This document shows positions 1 through 12,610 of a stretch of DNA of 64,000 nucleotides, piece by piece (within the stretch, counting starts at the first letter, position 1; each line of letters starts with the position of its first letter). The position numbers and the translations under genes are program-made. Source of the DNA: Burkholderiales bacterium (GTDB lineage Bacteria; Pseudomonadota; Gammaproteobacteria; Burkholderiales; SG8-41); contig DASWIC010000296.1 in the NCBI GenBank assembly GCA_036397875.1, forward strand, positions 13,347-77,346, written 5' to 3'. The notes under the pieces were generated by a model that did no database searches, was not told the DNA's origin, and saw only the letters and a program-made list of their open reading frames with translations.

Positions 1-1050
1 CGGACTCAATTCATGAACCGCGTCCACCAGCGCGGCAACGCTGTCGGGAGGGGTGAACTGGCTGACGCCATGACCCAGATTGAAAATATGACCAGCGCCG
101 TTCCCATAGGCTGCGAGCGCGGTGGCAACGCCCGCGCGAACTGCCGGCTTGCCCGCCAGCAATACCGCAGGATCCAAATTGCCCTGGAGTGAGACGCGCT
201 CGCCGACACGCTCGCGCGCCGCGCCCAGATCGACCGTCCAGTCGACCCCGATCGCGTCACAACCGCTGGCGGCCTGCGCCTCGAGCCATCCTCCTCCGCC
301 TTTGGTAAACAGGATGCTGGGAACGCGCTGACCGTCGTGCTCGCGCCTGAGTCCTGCCACGATGCGCTGCATGTAAGAAAGCGAGAACTCCCGATACTCG
401 GCGGCACCCAGCGCGCCACCCCAAGTGTCGAAAATCATCACCACCTGCGCTCCGGCCTCGATCTGGGCGTTGAGGAAGGCGGTGACTGCACGGCAATTTA
501 CCTCCAGGATGTGGTGCAACAACTCAGGGCGGGCATAGAGCATCGTCTTCACCGTGCGGAAGTCTGTGCTGGCGCCCCCTTCCACCATATAGGACGCCAG
601 CGTGTAGGGGCTGCCACAAAACCCGATGAGCGGCACCCCGCCGTTCAACGCCGATCGTACCTGGCGCAAGGTGTCGAGCACGTAACCAAGGCGCTCCTGC
701 GGATCGGGCACGACCAGGCTGCGTATCGCGCGCTCCTCGCGCAGCGGTCGCTCGAGGCGCGGTCCCTCGCCCTCGGCGAAACTCAATCCGAGACCCATGG
801 CGTCGGGCAGCGTAAGTATGTCGGAAAAAACGATGGCGGCGTCGAGGCGAAACCGGGCGAGCGGCTGCAAGGTCACCTCCGTGGCGAGGTCGGGCGACTT
901 GGCCAGCGCGAGAAAGCTGCCGGCCCGGCTGCGCGTGGCGTTGTATTCCGGGAGGTAGCGGCCGGCCTGGCGCATGAGCCAGACCGGCGTGTAGGGCGTG
1001 GGCTGCCGCAGCAGCGCGCGGATCAGGGTATCGTTCTTGAGTCTTGGCAC
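1..1050 (-). CDS. hemE: uroporphyrinogen decarboxylase (3' end runs off the left window edge)
   Basis: Absent from the ORF track because it is open at the window edge. My reverse-strand translation gives [36 protein letters not shown] at the N-terminus. Nt 1-110 give [34 protein letters not shown]. Both are classic HemE motifs. Start taken as GTG at 1050; an in-frame ATG at 1083 is the alternative. Confidence 0.9.
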   Translation of the reverse strand, partial: MPRLKNDTLIRALLRQPTPYTPVWLMRQAGRYLPEYNATRSRAGSFLALAKSPDLATEVTLQPLARFRLDAAIVFSDILTLPDAMGLGLSFAEGEGPRLERPLREERAIRSLVVPDPQERLGYVLDTLRQVRSALNGGVPLIGFCGSPYTLASYMVEGGASTDFRTVKTMLYARPELLHHILEVNCRAVTAFLNAQIEAGAQVVMIFDTWGGALGAAEYREFSLSYMQRIVAGLRREHDGQRVPSILFTKGGGGWLEAQAASGCDAIGVDWTVDLGAARERVGERVSLQGNLDPAVLLAGKPAVRAGVATALAAYGNGAGHIFNLGHGVSQFTPPDSVAALVDAVHELSP

Positions 1051-1164
1051 TGGGATTGCAGAATCAGGGCTCGACCCACCCATATTGGCTTCGAGGCACC
1101 ACTCGGGGGTACGGGGGGTTTAGTCCCCTGCTCCCATTTGCCCCGGGGGTCCGGCGTTGCCACC

Positions 1165-2628
1165 CTATCGCGGCAACGCCGAGGACCCCATGAGAAATTC
1201 ATCCACCGCGCGCGCGCACTGCCGCCCCTCGCGTATGGCCCATACGACGAGTGACTGCCCGCGCCGCATGTCGCCCGCGGCGAAGATCCTGGGCACCGAC
1301 GTCGCGTAACAACCGGCGCCGTCGGTGGTCGCCCGGGCGTTGCCGCGAGCATCCTTCGCCACGCCGAAGCTCTCGAGCATGGACTGGACCGGAGAGACAA
1401 AGCCCATTGCCAGCAATACAAGGTCGGCGGGCAGCGTGAACGCCGAGCCCGGCACCTCGCTCATCCGGCCGTCCTGCCACGCCAGCCGCACGGCCTTGAG
1501 CTGCTTCACTTTGCCGCCCTCTCCGATGAACGCCTTCGTCGCGACCGACCAGTCGCGATCGACACCCTCCTCGTGCGAAGCGGAGGTGCGCAACCGCGTG
1601 GGCCAGTACGGCCACACCGGATTGCGCTCCACGTCGGGCGGCATGGGCAGCAGCTCGAACTGCGTGATGGACCGGGCCCCATGGCGGTTGGATGTTCCGA
1701 CGCAGTCGGAGCCGGTATCACCGCCGCCGATGATCACCACGTGCTTACCGGTCGCCCACAGGTCGGGGACGCCGGCGTCGCCCGCGACGCGCTTGTTCTG
1801 CAGCGGCAGGAACTCCATCGCGAAGTGCACGCCGTCGAGCTCCCGCCCGGGTATCGGCAGGTCGCGCGGCTGCTCCGCTCCCCCCGCGAGCACGACAGCG
1901 TCGAATTCGGCGAGGAGCTTCCCGGGCGCGATCAGCTCCTTCGACCAATCGGGAACCCCCTTGCCGGGGCGCTCGCTGCCGACGCAAACGCCGGTGCGAA
2001 ACGAAACACCCTCGGCCGCCATCTGCTCCATGCGCCGGTCGATCTGCCATTTTTCGAGCTTGAAATCGGGGATGCCGTAGCGCAGCAGGCCCCCGATCCG
2101 GTCGGTTTTTTCGAACACGACGACGGCGTGGCCGGCGCGCGCGAGCTGCTGCGCGCAGGCGAGCCCCGCGGGGCCGGAGCCCACGACCGCGACTTTCCTG
2201 CCGCTCTTGTGGGCAGGGGGTCGCGGCTGGACCCACCCGGCTTCCCACGCCTTGTCGATAATGGCGTGCTCGATCGACTTGATGCCGACCGGATCCTCAT
2301 TGATGCGCAGCACGCAGGCCTCCTCGCACGGCGCCGGGCATATCCGCCCCGTGAATTCCGGGAAGTTGTTGGTCGAGTGCAGCGACTCGATCGCCGACCG
2401 CCAGTCCTGGCGGTACACCAGGTCATTCCAGTCGGGGATGATGTTGTTCACCGGGCAGCCGCTCATGCAGAACGGGATGCCGCAGTCCATGCAGCGGGCG
2501 CCCTGAATGCCCGCCGCCTCGTCCGTAAGGTGCGGGATGAACTCGCGGTAATGCTTCTTGCGCGCGTCTTTCGGCTCGTACGCCTCCTCGACGCGGTCGT
2601 GCTCGAGAAATCCCGTGATCTTGCCCAT
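1165..2628 (-). CDS. gltD: glutamate synthase (NADPH) small subunit
   Basis: 487 aa ORF. N-terminal Fe-S Cys cluster (CMDCGIPFC...[21 protein letters not shown]). Dinucleotide fold [15 protein letters not shown]. Lies directly downstream of gltB. Confidence 0.95.
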   Translation of the reverse strand: MGKITGFLEHDRVEEAYEPKDARKKHYREFIPHLTDEAAGIQGARCMDCGIPFCMSGCPVNNIIPDWNDLVYRQDWRSAIESLHSTNNFPEFTGRICPAPCEEACVLRINEDPVGIKSIEHAIIDKAWEAGWVQPRPPAHKSGRKVAVVGSGPAGLACAQQLARAGHAVVVFEKTDRIGGLLRYGIPDFKLEKWQIDRRMEQMAAEGVSFRTGVCVGSERPGKGVPDWSKELIAPGKLLAEFDAVVLAGGAEQPRDLPIPGRELDGVHFAMEFLPLQNKRVAGDAGVPDLWATGKHVVIIGGGDTGSDCVGTSNRHGARSITQFELLPMPPDVERNPVWPYWPTRLRTSASHEEGVDRDWSVATKAFIGEGGKVKQLKAVRLAWQDGRMSEVPGSAFTLPADLVLLAMGFVSPVQSMLESFGVAKDARGNARATTDGAGCYATSVPRIFAAGDMRRGQSLVVWAIREGRQCARAVDEFLMGSSALPR

Positions 2629-2730
2629 GCTATGCGCTCAATGTGGAGTCCGGCTGACTGCGCCGGGAGGAACGCGGGAGGCGGCAGGCCCCCGTCCACC
2701 GGCGCGGGGAAGCCGCGTCCCCGGTCCCAG

Positions 2731-5700
2731 TCAGGCGGCGATCCTGCGTCCCTTGGCGGCGAGCTCGCCCAGCGCGCGCCGGTACTCGTTCGGGAACACC
2801 TTGACGAATTTCGGCCGGAATTCGTTCCAGCGCTCGAGCACGCGTTTCGCCTGCGCGCTTCCCGTATGGCGCGCGTGGTTCTCGATCAGCCGCTTCACGA
2901 TGGCCTCATCGGCCATGCCCCCGTGCCACAAATCGCGCGTGAGCTTCGCCTCCTGCTCGGCTTCCGCGACGAGCGGCTCCAGAGCCACCATCGATGCATT
3001 GCAGCGCCGGGCGAACTCGCCGTCGGCATCGAGCACGTAGGCGATGCCGCCCGACATCCCGGCGGCGAAGTTGCGGCCGGTCGTCCCCAGCACGACCACG
3101 GTGCCCCCGGTCATGTACTCGCAGCCGTGGTCGCCGACGCCCTCGACGACCGCCTGCGCGCCCGAGTTCCTGACCGCGAAACGCTCGCCGGCGACGCCCC
3201 GGAAGTACGCTTCGCCGCAGATCGCGCCGTAGAGCACCACGTTGCCGGTGATGATGTTCTCGGTCGGCTCGCCGCGGAACTTGGGAGAGGGCTGGACCGA
3301 AATGCGTCCGCCCGAGAGCCCCTTGCCGCAGTAATCGTTGGTGTCCCCAATGAGATCGAGCGTGACGCCCCGCGCGAGGAACGCGCCGAAGCTCTGCCCC
3401 GCGGAGCCGGCGAGGCGTATGTGGATTGAGTCATCCGGCAGCCCCTCGTGCCCATAGCGCCGCGCGATTTCCCACGACAGCATGGTGCCAACGGTGCGAT
3501 TGATGTTGCGGATCGGGGTCTCGATGGTGACCCGCTCGCGGCGCTCGAGCGCCGGGCGCGCGAGCTCGATCAGCCGGTTGTCGAGCGCCTTCTCCAGCCC
3601 GTGCGTCTGCTTCTCGCTGTAGTAACGCGCCACTTCGGCCGGCATCTGCGGCACGGCGAAGATTTTCGAGAAGTCGAGGCCCTTCGCCTTCCAGTGCTCG
3701 ATGCCTTTCCTCGTGTCCAGCAGATCGGCGCGCCCGATCAGGTCGTTGAACCTGCGGATGCCGAGCTTCGCCATGAGCTCTCTGGCTTCCTCGGCGACGA
3801 AGAAGAAGTAATTGACGACGTGCTCGGGCTTGCCCTCGAATTTCCTGCGCAGCACCGGGTCCTGGGTGGCGACGCCCACCGGGCAGGTATTGAGGTGACA
3901 CTTGCGCATCATGATGCAGCCCTCGACAACGAGCGGCGCGGTCGAGAAGCCGAACTCGTCGGCCCCGAGCAGCGCGCCGACCACCACGTCGCGGCCGGTC
4001 TTCATCTGCCCGTCCACCTGGACCGCAATCCGCCCGCGCAGGCGGTTCAAAACCAGCGTCTGCTGCGTCTCCGCGAGACCGAGCTCCCAGGGGGTGCCGG
4101 CGTGCAGGATGGAGGACCAGGGGGAGGCGCCCGTGCCGCCGTCGTGGCCGGCGATCGTGACGTGGTCCGACTTGGCCTTGGAAACGCCCGCGGCAACGGT
4201 GCCGACCCCCACCTCGGAGACGAGCTTCACGCTGACCGCGGCCTCCGGGTTCGCGTTCTTGAGATCGTGGATCAGCTGCGCGATGTCCTCGATCGAGTAG
4301 ATGTCGTGGTGCGGCGGCGGGGAGATCAGCTCCACCCCGGGCGTCGCGTAACGGATCTCCGCGATGTACTCCGACACCTTGCGCCCGGGCAGCTGCCCGC
4401 CCTCGCCGGGCTTCGCTCCCTGCGCGATCTTGATCTGCATCATTTCGGAGGACGCGAGATATTCGGCCGTGACGCCGAAGCGACCGGAGGCGACCTGCAC
4501 GATCTTGGATTTCAGCGAGTCACCCTCTTCAAGGGGGATGTCGACTTCCACGCGCTCGCGGCCGAGGCGTGAGAGCAACGTCTCGCCGGCCGCGACCGGG
4601 GCGTAGCGCTTGCGATCCTCGCCACCCTCGCCGGTATTGGATTTCCCGCCGAGGCGGTTCATCGCGATCGCGAGCACGGTGTGAGCTTCCGTAGAAATGG
4701 CGCCCAGGGACATCGCGCCGGTCGAGAAGCGCTTGACGATTTCGGCGGCGGGCTCGACCTCCTCGATCGGGACGGTCGTGCAGCGGTCGAACCGGAACTC
4801 GAAGAGCCCCCGGAACGTGAGGTGGCGCTTGGACTGGTCGTTGATGATCGCCGCGTATTCCTGGTAGGTCTGGTAGGAATTGCTGCGCGCCGAGTGCTGC
4901 AGCTTCGCGATCGCATCGGGAGTCCACATGTGCTCTTCACCACGGACGCGCCAGGCGTAATCGCCGCCGGCGTCGAGCGCGCCGCGCAGCACCGGGTCCT
5001 CGTTGTTGAATGCCGCCTGATGCATGCGGATGGATTCATCCGCGGCATCGAAGACATCGATACCCCCGACCAACGAGGCCGTGCCGGTGAAATACTTGTC
5101 CACCAGGGAGTGCGCCAGGCCCACCGCCTCGAAGATCTGCGCGCCGGTATACGACATGTAGGTCGAGATGCCCATTTTGGACATCACCTTTTTCAAGCCC
5201 TTGCCGACCGCCTTGACATAGTTCTTGATCGCTTTCCTGCCGTCCACGCCGGACCCGAATTCGCCGCGTCCGGCGAGATCGAGCAGCGTCTCGAGCGCGA
5301 GGTACGGGTGCACCGCCTCGGCCCCGTAGCCGCCGAGAAGGGCAAAGTGGTGCACTTCCCGCGCCGAGCCGGTCTCGACCACCAGCCCCGTGCTGGTGCG
5401 CAGCCCCTTGTTGACCAGGTGCTGGTGGATCGCCGACAGCGCGAGCAGCGCGGGGATTGCGACCAGGTTGCGCTCGACCCCGCGGTCGGAGATGACGATG
5501 ACGGAAAAGCCCGCGCGCACGGCGTCCTCGGCCTGCGCGCACAGCGAGGCGAGGCGCGCTTCGACCGCTTCCTTGCCCCAGGCGATGGGGTAGGTCGTGT
5601 CGATCTCGAACGACTTGAACTTGCCGTCGGTGTAGCGGTCGATGTGCCGGATCTTCTCCATCTCGAAGAAATCGAGCACGGGCTGGCTGATCTCCAGCCG

Positions 5701-7377
5701 CAGGGGCGGATTCATCTCGTCGATGCCGAGGAGGTTGGGCTTCGGCCCGATGAAGGACACGAGCGAAGTCACCAGCTCCTCGCGGATGGGATCGATCGCG
5801 GGATTCGTCACCTGCGCGAAGAGCTGCTGGAAATAGTGGTATAACGTCTTGTTTTTAAAAGACAAGACGGCGAGAGCGGCGTCGTTGCCCATGGAGCCGA
5901 CCGGCTCCTCGCCGTTCGAGGCCATCGGCGCCAGCTGGAACTTGATATCTTCCTGCGTATAGCCGAACGCCTGCTGCCGGTCGAGCAACGGCACCTCCGA
6001 TTTGAGCGGCGGCGTCTTCTCGGTTTCGACTTCGTCGAGCTTGACGCGTATCCGCTCGATCCACTCGGCGTAGGGCCTGGCCGAGGCAAGCGTGTCCTTC
6101 AACTCCTTGTCGTCGATGATGCGGCCCTTCTCGAGGTCCACCAGGAACATCTTGCCCGGCTGCAGGCGCCACTTCTTAACGATTTTCTCCTCGGGCACCG
6201 GCAGGCAACCGCACTCGGAACCCATGATCACGAGGTCGTCCGCGGTCACGATATAGCGGGAGGGGCGCAACCCGTTGCGGTCGAGGGTCGCGCCGATCCG
6301 CAGCCCGTCGGTGAAGGCAATCGAGGCCGGGCCATCCCACGGCTCCATCATGGCGGCGTGGTATTCGTAGAATGCGCGCCGGGCGGGATCCATCAGGGTG
6401 TGGTTTTCCCATGCCTCCGGGATCATCATCATCACGGCGTGGGCGATCGAATAGCCGCCCATCACCAGCAGCTCCAGCGCATTGTCGAACGAGGCCGAAT
6501 CCGACTGCCCGTCGTAGATCAGCGGCCAGACCTTGTCGAGGTCCCGGCCGAGCGTGGGCGAGGAGATGGCGCCCTGACGCGCGCGGATCCAGTTGATGTT
6601 GCCGCGCAGGGTGTTGATCTCGCCGTTGTGGCAGATCATGCGGAAGGGGTGCGCGAGATCCCAGCTGGGGAAGGTGTTGGTTGAGAAGCGCTGGTGCACG
6701 AGGGCGAGCGCGGATTCGACGCGCGCGTCCTTCAGATCGAGGTAGTACTCGCCCACCTGGTAGGCGAGCAGCATGCCCTTGTAGCAGATCGTCCGCGCCG
6801 AAAAGGTGGGCACGTAGAACTCCTTGCCGTGGGCGAGCTTCAACGCCTGGATGGCGTGCCCCGCGCTCTTGCGGATGATGTAGAGCTTGCGTTCGAGCGC
6901 GTCGGTGACCGTGATTCCCTTGCCGCGGCCGACGAACACCTGCCGGATGGCGGGCTCGATCTTCTTCGCGGGCTCGGCGAGGTCGGAGTTGTCGACCGGC
7001 ACGTCGCGCCAGCCGAGCAGCACTTGGCCCTCGTCCTTGATCGCGCGCTCGATTTCGTATTCGCAAGCCAGCCGCGAGGCGGGATCGCGCGGCAGAAACA
7101 CCATGCCGACGCCATACTGGCCGACCGGCGGCAGCTTCACGCCGCGCTTCGCCATCTCCTCGCGGAAGAACCGGTCGGGAAGCTGGATCAGGCAGCCCGC
7201 GCCGTCGGAGAGCTTCGGATCCCAGCCCACCGCGCCGCGATGCGTGAGATTCTTCAACACCGTCAGGCCCTGCTCGACGATGGCGTGGCTCTTCTTGCCC
7301 TTGATGTGCGCGACGAAACCGACGCCGCACGCGTCGTGCTCGTGGCGCGAATCGTATAACCCCTGCGCGGGCGGCAT
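2731..7377 (-). CDS. gltB: glutamate synthase large subunit
   Basis: ORF 2731..7455. Ntn-amidotransferase N-terminus [16 protein letters not shown], an FMN/central domain and a C-terminal GXGXG domain. Start set at ATG 7377 ([18 protein letters not shown]); the longest ORF adds 26 implausible residues. Confidence 0.95.
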   Translation of the reverse strand: MPPAQGLYDSRHEHDACGVGFVAHIKGKKSHAIVEQGLTVLKNLTHRGAVGWDPKLSDGAGCLIQLPDRFFREEMAKRGVKLPPVGQYGVGMVFLPRDPASRLACEYEIERAIKDEGQVLLGWRDVPVDNSDLAEPAKKIEPAIRQVFVGRGKGITVTDALERKLYIIRKSAGHAIQALKLAHGKEFYVPTFSARTICYKGMLLAYQVGEYYLDLKDARVESALALVHQRFSTNTFPSWDLAHPFRMICHNGEINTLRGNINWIRARQGAISSPTLGRDLDKVWPLIYDGQSDSASFDNALELLVMGGYSIAHAVMMMIPEAWENHTLMDPARRAFYEYHAAMMEPWDGPASIAFTDGLRIGATLDRNGLRPSRYIVTADDLVIMGSECGCLPVPEEKIVKKWRLQPGKMFLVDLEKGRIIDDKELKDTLASARPYAEWIERIRVKLDEVETEKTPPLKSEVPLLDRQQAFGYTQEDIKFQLAPMASNGEEPVGSMGNDAALAVLSFKNKTLYHYFQQLFAQVTNPAIDPIREELVTSLVSFIGPKPNLLGIDEMNPPLRLEISQPVLDFFEMEKIRHIDRYTDGKFKSFEIDTTYPIAWGKEAVEARLASLCAQAEDAVRAGFSVIVISDRGVERNLVAIPALLALSAIHQHLVNKGLRTSTGLVVETGSAREVHHFALLGGYGAEAVHPYLALETLLDLAGRGEFGSGVDGRKAIKNYVKAVGKGLKKVMSKMGISTYMSYTGAQIFEAVGLAHSLVDKYFTGTASLVGGIDVFDAADESIRMHQAAFNNEDPVLRGALDAGGDYAWRVRGEEHMWTPDAIAKLQHSARSNSYQTYQEYAAIINDQSKRHLTFRGLFEFRFDRCTTVPIEEVEPAAEIVKRFSTGAMSLGAISTEAHTVLAIAMNRLGGKSNTGEGGEDRKRYAPVAAGETLLSRLGRERVEVDIPLEEGDSLKSKIVQVASGRFGVTAEYLASSEMMQIKIAQGAKPGEGGQLPGRKVSEYIAEIRYATPGVELISPPPHHDIYSIEDIAQLIHDLKNANPEAAVSVKLVSEVGVGTVAAGVSKAKSDHVTIAGHDGGTGASPWSSILHAGTPWELGLAETQQTLVLNRLRGRIAVQVDGQMKTGRDVVVGALLGADEFGFSTAPLVVEGCIMMRKCHLNTCPVGVATQDPVLRRKFEGKPEHVVNYFFFVAEEARELMAKLGIRRFNDLIGRADLLDTRKGIEHWKAKGLDFSKIFAVPQMPAEVARYYSEKQTHGLEKALDNRLIELARPALERRERVTIETPIRNINRTVGTMLSWEIARRYGHEGLPDDSIHIRLAGSAGQSFGAFLARGVTLDLIGDTNDYCGKGLSGGRISVQPSPKFRGEPTENIITGNVVLYGAICGEAYFRGVAGERFAVRNSGAQAVVEGVGDHGCEYMTGGTVVVLGTTGRNFAAGMSGGIAYVLDADGEFARRCNASMVALEPLVAEAEQEAKLTRDLWHGGMADEAIVKRLIENHARHTGSAQAKRVLERWNEFRPKFVKVFPNEYRRALGELAAKGRRIAA

Positions 7378-7545
7378 TCCTGGTTGGTCCACTCGGCGCG
7401 TCCTAGAGAGCCCGTCGATTCCGTTGCCTGCGCTCGTCCTGCTGCGCTGCAACAAGCAGGAGCGAAAGCGCCGGCGCGAAGAGGAAGTTTACTGCCATCA
7501 GCTACTTACAGCAATAGTTTTGCAGGCCGGGCCGATTGCCCCAGG

Positions 7546-8673
7546 TCAGGTTTCCTCGATGGCAAACAGCCGCCGGTGCTCGAGGATCGCGTAGCGGTCC
7601 GTCATGCCGGCAATGTAATCGGCGATGGCGCGCGGCGCATCCGCGCGCGCCCGCTCCTGGAATTCGGGCGGCAGCAGCCGGCTGTCCGCCAGCAACGCCG
7701 TGAACAGGTCTGCCACGATCCGGCGCGCCTTGTTGCTCATGCGCACCACGCGATAGTGGCGGTAGAGGTGCTCGCGCAGGAAGCGCTTCAGGTCCTCGCT
7801 TTCCTTGCGGATACGCGGGCTGAACGCGATCAGCGGCGGCGCCCGCCGCACGTCCTCGATTGTGCCGGGCGCGTGCCTGCGGATGTTCTCCGCGCTGGTG
7901 CGTACGAGGTCCGTGACCAGGGTGTCGATCATGCGCCGCACCGTCTCGTGCCGGAGCCGCCGGGGCGGGAGCCGGGAATACTCGCGCAGGACGGCCTTCA
8001 TGTGGCGCGCGAACACCGTTACCTCCGAAAGTTGCGCCAGGTCGAGTAGCCCGGACCGCACGCCGTCATCCACGTCGTGGTTGTTGTAGGCAATCTCGTC
8101 TGCGAGGTTGGCGACCTGCGCTTCCAGCGACGGGCGCCGCCGCTTCACGAAGCGCTCCCCGATTTCGCCGAGCGCACGGGCGTTCTTGAGGGAGCAGTGC
8201 TTCAATATTCCTTCGCGCGCCTCGAACGTCAGGTTGAGGCCGTCGAATGCGGCGTAGCGCTGCTCCAGCATGTCCACCACGCGCAGGCTTTGCAGGTTGT
8301 GCTCAAAGCCCCCGTAGGGCCGCATGCAGGCATGAAGCGCGTCCTGGCCGGTATGGCCGAAAGGGGTATGGCCAAGGTCATGCGCGAGCGCAACGGCTTC
8401 GGTCAGGTCCTCGTCGAGCCGCAGGCTGCGCGCGACCGTTCTCGCGATCTGTGCCACCTCGAGGCTGTGCGTGAGGCGGGTGCGGAACAGATCGCCTTCG
8501 TGGTTGACGAAGACCTGGGTCTTGTACTCCAGGCGGCGGAAGGCGGTGGAATGCACGATGCGGTCGCGGTCGCGCTGGTATTCGCTGCGGCCGCGCGGCG
8601 GGGCCTCGCGGTGGCGGCGGCCGCGCGAGCGCTCCGGCCGCGCCGCGTAGGGGGCAAGGTCACGCCCGGACAT
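7546..8673 (-). CDS. deoxyguanosinetriphosphate triphosphohydrolase-like HD-domain protein
   Basis: [34 protein letters not shown] and [13 protein letters not shown] are HD-domain Dgt-family motifs. ATG at 8673 is preferred; ATG at 8697 is also possible. Either one overlaps the aroB 3' end. Confidence 0.85.
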   Translation of the reverse strand: MSGRDLAPYAARPERSRGRRHREAPPRGRSEYQRDRDRIVHSTAFRRLEYKTQVFVNHEGDLFRTRLTHSLEVAQIARTVARSLRLDEDLTEAVALAHDLGHTPFGHTGQDALHACMRPYGGFEHNLQSLRVVDMLEQRYAAFDGLNLTFEAREGILKHCSLKNARALGEIGERFVKRRRPSLEAQVANLADEIAYNNHDVDDGVRSGLLDLAQLSEVTVFARHMKAVLREYSRLPPRRLRHETVRRMIDTLVTDLVRTSAENIRRHAPGTIEDVRRAPPLIAFSPRIRKESEDLKRFLREHLYRHYRVVRMSNKARRIVADLFTALLADSRLLPPEFQERARADAPRAIADYIAGMTDRYAILEHRRLFAIEET

Positions 8674-9754
8674 GCACGGCGCCGGCGTCGAGCACATCGC
8701 CGAGCGCGGCGCGCGGCACCTCGCCCGAAACGTAAGCTTCCCCGATGCGCTTGGGCAGCACGAAGTGGATGCGGCCGCCCGCCACTTTCTTGTCGTGGCC
8801 CATCAGCTCGAGGTAGCGCTCCAGGCCGAGCCTGGGCGGTTCAAGAGGCAGGCCTGCCGACTTCAGAAGCGCGGCGAGGCGGCGCACGTCCTCGGCCGCA
8901 AGGTGCCCAAGGCGCTGCGACAGCTTCGCCGCCAGCAGCATGCCGGCGGCAATCGCCTCGCCGTGGAGCCAGGTGCCGTAGCCGGTGCCGGCCTCGATGG
9001 CGTGACCGAACGTGTGGCCCAGGTTCAGAAGAGCGCGGGGACCGGTTTCCAGCTCGTCCCGTGCGACCACTTCGGCCTTGTTGGCGCAGGAGCGCTCGAT
9101 AGCATAGGCGAGCGCCTCGGGCTCGCGCCGGACGAGCCGGGCCATGTTGGCTTCAAGCCACTCGAAGAACGGCGCGTCCCGGATCACGCCGTATTTGATG
9201 ATCTCCGCCAGTCCGGCCGCCAGCTCGCGGGGCGGCAGCGTCGCGAGCGTGTCGGTGTCGGAGATCACCGCGAGCGGCTGGTAGAACGCTCCGATCATGT
9301 TCTTGCCGAGCGGATGGTTGATCGCAGTCTTGCCCCCGACCGCGGAGTCGACCTGCGCGAGCAGCGTCGTCGGCACCTGGATATAGGGCACGCCACGGAG
9401 GTAGACCGCCGCGGCGAAGCCGGCGAGGTCGCCCACGACGCCGCCACCGAGGGCAATCAAGGTGGTGCCGCGCTCGCAACGGTGCTCGAGCAGCGCATCG
9501 AAGATGCGGTTGAGCGTTTCCCACGTCTTGAACGACTCGCCGTCCGGCAGCGTGATGCCCACCACACTCACGCCGCGGCCCTCCAGCGTGCGCTGGAGCG
9601 CCGCGAGATAGAGCGGTGCAATGGTAGAACTGGTGACGATGGCGGCGGTTTTCTGCGGCAGCCGCTCCACGATCAGCTCGGGGCGGGTGAGGAGGCCCGC
9701 TCCGATATAGATCGGATAGCTGCGGCTGCCCAGCTCGACCTTTAGAATCTGCAT
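8660..9754 (-). CDS. aroB: 3-dehydroquinate synthase
   Basis: 364 aa. [45 protein letters not shown] and [12 protein letters not shown] motifs. Downstream of aroK. Confidence 0.95.
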   Translation of the reverse strand: MQILKVELGSRSYPIYIGAGLLTRPELIVERLPQKTAAIVTSSTIAPLYLAALQRTLEGRGVSVVGITLPDGESFKTWETLNRIFDALLEHRCERGTTLIALGGGVVGDLAGFAAAVYLRGVPYIQVPTTLLAQVDSAVGGKTAINHPLGKNMIGAFYQPLAVISDTDTLATLPPRELAAGLAEIIKYGVIRDAPFFEWLEANMARLVRREPEALAYAIERSCANKAEVVARDELETGPRALLNLGHTFGHAIEAGTGYGTWLHGEAIAAGMLLAAKLSQRLGHLAAEDVRRLAALLKSAGLPLEPPRLGLERYLELMGHDKKVAGGRIHFVLPKRIGEAYVSGEVPRAALGDVLDAGAVHVRA

Positions 9755-9776
9755 GGCCTGGTGTGGTCCCGTCCGT

Positions 9777-10376
9777 TCAGCCGGCGCGCAGCGGCGCGCC
9801 GGCCCCTTCGGCTGCGTCGGACTGGCGTTCGATCAATTGCTGTTCCACCCGGTGCACGAGGCTGCCCAGGCTCTGGCTGCCGGTGTCGACGATGATATCG
9901 GCGACGCTGCGATAGAGCGGATCGCGCTCGGCAAACAGCTGTTCGAGCTTGGTGAGCGGCTGGTCGGTCTGGAGCAACGGCCGATTCCGGTCGTGACGGG
10001 TCCTCTGCCAGAGGTCGGCCGCCACCGCGCGCAGGTAGACGACCGCGCCGTGCTCGGTCAGCAGCTTGCGGTTCTCCGCGGACAGGACGGCACCGCCGCC
10101 GGTGGCAAGCACGATGTCGCCGTGGGCGACGAGCTCGGCCAGCATCCTCGCTTCGCGCGCGCGGAAACCGGCCTCGCCCTCGATCTCAAAAATAAGGGGG
10201 ATTTTCACTCCGGTGGTGCGCTCGATTTCCTCGTCGCAGTCGTAGAAGGTCTTGTCGAGGCGTCGCGCGAGACGCCTGCCCACCGAGGTCTTGCCTGCGC
10301 CCATCAAGCCCACGAGGAATATGCTGCCGCGGATACGCCCGTGCGCGTCCGCCGGTTTCTGCCTGCCGCCAGTCAT
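9777..10376 (-). CDS. aroK: shikimate kinase
   Basis: 199 aa. Walker [16 protein letters not shown]. Canonical aroK-aroB pair. Confidence 0.9.
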   Translation of the reverse strand: MTGGRQKPADAHGRIRGSIFLVGLMGAGKTSVGRRLARRLDKTFYDCDEEIERTTGVKIPLIFEIEGEAGFRAREARMLAELVAHGDIVLATGGGAVLSAENRKLLTEHGAVVYLRAVAADLWQRTRHDRNRPLLQTDQPLTKLEQLFAERDPLYRSVADIIVDTGSQSLGSLVHRVEQQLIERQSDAAEGAGAPLRAG

Positions 10377-10435
10377 GGGGCGATTCTAGCGGAATGGGGA
10401 GGCGCCGCATAACGCGACGACGGGCTGTGCCACCG

Positions 10436-10466
10436 CAAACAAAAAAGGCGGCCATGCGGCCGCCTT
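10436..10466 (-). terminator. rho-independent terminator after pilQ
   Basis: On the minus strand: AAGGCGGCC-GCAT-GGCCGCCTT (9 bp GC-rich stem) followed by TTTTTTGTTTGC. It lies 24 nt after the pilQ stop. Confidence 0.7.
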
Positions 10467-10489
10467 CTTCGCGGGTAGCCTGCGGCTGG

Positions 10490-12610
10490 TTATTGCCGCA
10501 GCGTCAAGCCGTCCTTGAGGATGCGGGGCGTGATGAATATCAGCAGCTCGTTGCGGTTGTCGGTCCGCAGGTTCTGCTTGAACATCCACCCGACGAACGG
10601 CAGGTCGCCGAGCACCGGAACCTTGTTCGTCTGGTTGTTCTCGGTCTGCTGGTAGATGCCGCCGATCACCACCGTGCCGCCGTTCTCCACCAGCACCTCG
10701 GTCACGATCTGCTTGGTGTCGATCGACGGGCCGGCGAGCGTGTTCTGGCCCACGCTGTCCTTGTGGACGTTGAGATTCATGATCACATTGTCATCGGGCG
10801 TGACCTGGGGCTTGACCTTCAACGAGAGCGTCGCCTTCTTGAACGCCACGCTGGTGGCGCCGCTCGAGGTCGCCTGCTGGTACGGGATTTCCGTGCCTTG
10901 CTCGATGATGGCCTCGACCTGGTCGGCGGTGATGACGCGCGGGCTCGAGATGATCTTGCCCTTGCCGTCGGCCTGCAGCGCGGTCAGTTCGAGGTTGAGG
11001 AACTTCGCCGAGTTCTCCCGGAACAGCACCAGCGAGAACGCGCCAGGGTTGGCGCCGGCGAGCCCCGGCACCGGCAGGTTCACGGACAGCGAATCGGTGA
11101 ACGGCGGCGCTGTCACCTGCCCGGTGTGAAAACCCGGATCGGTGATCTGACCGCCGGGGAGCGCGCGCACCGTAGTGTTGTTCTGGCTTCCGGCCTTCAG
11201 GCCCTGACCCGTCAGATCGTGATAGCCGAGCCGGACGCCGAGGTTGCGGCCGAAATTGTCGCTTGCCTCCACGATGCGCGACTCGATCATCACCTGGCGC
11301 ACCGGCACGTCGACCTTGCGGATGAGCCTGCGCACTTCCTCGAGCCGCGTCGGCGTGTCCTGCACGAATATGGTGTTGGTGCGCGGATCGACCACGGCGC
11401 TGCCGCGCTTGGAGAGCACGCGCTGCTGCGGATCCGCCAGCAGCTTCTGCAGGTCAGCTCCTTTCTGGTAGTTCAGCTGGAAGCTTTCGGTGCGCGTAGG
11501 CTCGAGGTCCACGATCTGCTGCTGCGCTTCGAGCGCCAGTTTCTCGCGCGTTGCCAGCTCGTCGCGCGGCGCGATCCACACCACGTTGCCGGTCTTGCGC
11601 ATGTCCAGGCCCTTCGCCCGCAGAATGATGTCGAGCGCCTGGTCCCACGGCACGTCCTTCAGCCGCAGCGTCAGGTTGCCGCCCACCGTGTCGCTCGTGA
11701 TGATATTCAACCCCGTGAAATCCGCGATTACCTGCAGCACCGCGCGCACTTCCACGTTCTGGAAATTGAGCGAGAGCTTCTCGCCGGTATAGCCGCTGCC
11801 GCGCGCGATGCGGCTGGCGTCCTCGGCCTGCGGTTTGACTTCCACGATGAAGCGGGTGTCGGTCTGGTAGGCGGTGTGCTCCCAGGTTCCGCGCGGCTCG
11901 ATCACGACCCGGGTATTTCCGCCCTGCGGGAAGGTGTCGATGGTCTGCACCACCGTGCCAAAGTCGGTGACGTCAAGACGCCGCTGCAGGTTCCGCGGCA
12001 GCGCGGTATTGACGAAGTCGATGATGATGGTCTTGCCCTGGAGCTTGAGATCAATGCCGACGGCGCTGTCCGACAGGTCCACTATGACGCGCCCCTCGCC
12101 GGCACCGCCGCGCCGGAAGTCGACGTCGCGCAGCGCATGGCGCCGGTCACCCGGCCGCGCCTCCGCAAAATGGGTGGTCGCGCCGGCGGGACTCGCCACG
12201 GCGGCGGCGCCCTGCAGGGTAATCAGCAGCGTCCGCCCTTCAATCTGCGTGTCATAGCCGCTGGCGCGGGCGAGGTTGAGTACCAGCCGCGTGCGGTCGC
12301 CCGCCTGCACCACGTTGATGGTGCGCAGGTCCCCCTCGGCCACTTCCTGGGTGCTGCGGCCGAGCGTGCTGGTGGTATTGAGGAAGTCAAAGGCGATGCG
12401 CGGCGGGTTGGTCACCGTGAATCCGGCGGGCGGGCCCGCCAGCGGCTGCCTGAGCGTCACGCGGACGATGACCTTTCCAGCGGTCGCAGGCGACACATTG
12501 ATCGACTCGATACTGTTAGCCTGGGCGCGCGCGGCGAGGCTCGCGCACGCGAGCGTGAGCGCCAGCACGCCCTGGAGGGCCCATGAACCGAACAATCCCT
12601 TGAGCTTCAT
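10490..12610 (-). CDS. pilQ: type IV pilus secretin
   Basis: 706 aa. Signal peptide and AMIN-like N-terminal repeats. Secretin C-domain with VPVLGDLPFVGWMFK. ATGA overlap with pilP. Confidence 0.95.
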   Translation of the reverse strand: MKLKGLFGSWALQGVLALTLACASLAARAQANSIESINVSPATAGKVIVRVTLRQPLAGPPAGFTVTNPPRIAFDFLNTTSTLGRSTQEVAEGDLRTINVVQAGDRTRLVLNLARASGYDTQIEGRTLLITLQGAAAVASPAGATTHFAEARPGDRRHALRDVDFRRGGAGEGRVIVDLSDSAVGIDLKLQGKTIIIDFVNTALPRNLQRRLDVTDFGTVVQTIDTFPQGGNTRVVIEPRGTWEHTAYQTDTRFIVEVKPQAEDASRIARGSGYTGEKLSLNFQNVEVRAVLQVIADFTGLNIITSDTVGGNLTLRLKDVPWDQALDIILRAKGLDMRKTGNVVWIAPRDELATREKLALEAQQQIVDLEPTRTESFQLNYQKGADLQKLLADPQQRVLSKRGSAVVDPRTNTIFVQDTPTRLEEVRRLIRKVDVPVRQVMIESRIVEASDNFGRNLGVRLGYHDLTGQGLKAGSQNNTTVRALPGGQITDPGFHTGQVTAPPFTDSLSVNLPVPGLAGANPGAFSLVLFRENSAKFLNLELTALQADGKGKIISSPRVITADQVEAIIEQGTEIPYQQATSSGATSVAFKKATLSLKVKPQVTPDDNVIMNLNVHKDSVGQNTLAGPSIDTKQIVTEVLVENGGTVVIGGIYQQTENNQTNKVPVLGDLPFVGWMFKQNLRTDNRNELLIFITPRILKDGLTLRQ

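Noticed and set aside
6-419. 137-aa minus-strand ORF (and the 337..1254 plus-strand ORF) at the left edge
   Set aside because: Both are wrong frames or the wrong strand of hemE. The true frame is open at the window edge and is therefore missing from the track.
7456-7545. Sigma-54 promoter upstream of gltB (TGGCAG-N5-TTCC on the minus strand)
   Set aside because: The -12 element lacks the essential GC dinucleotide. It is a single weak match and is not reportable as a feature.
10394-12586. 730-aa plus-strand ORF covering the whole of pilQ
   Set aside because: It is antisense to a gene with unmistakable secretin motifs. Its translation is Arg/Ala/Gly-rich low-complexity sequence with no recognisable motif. 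This is the typical stop-codon-poor antisense frame of a GC-rich genome.
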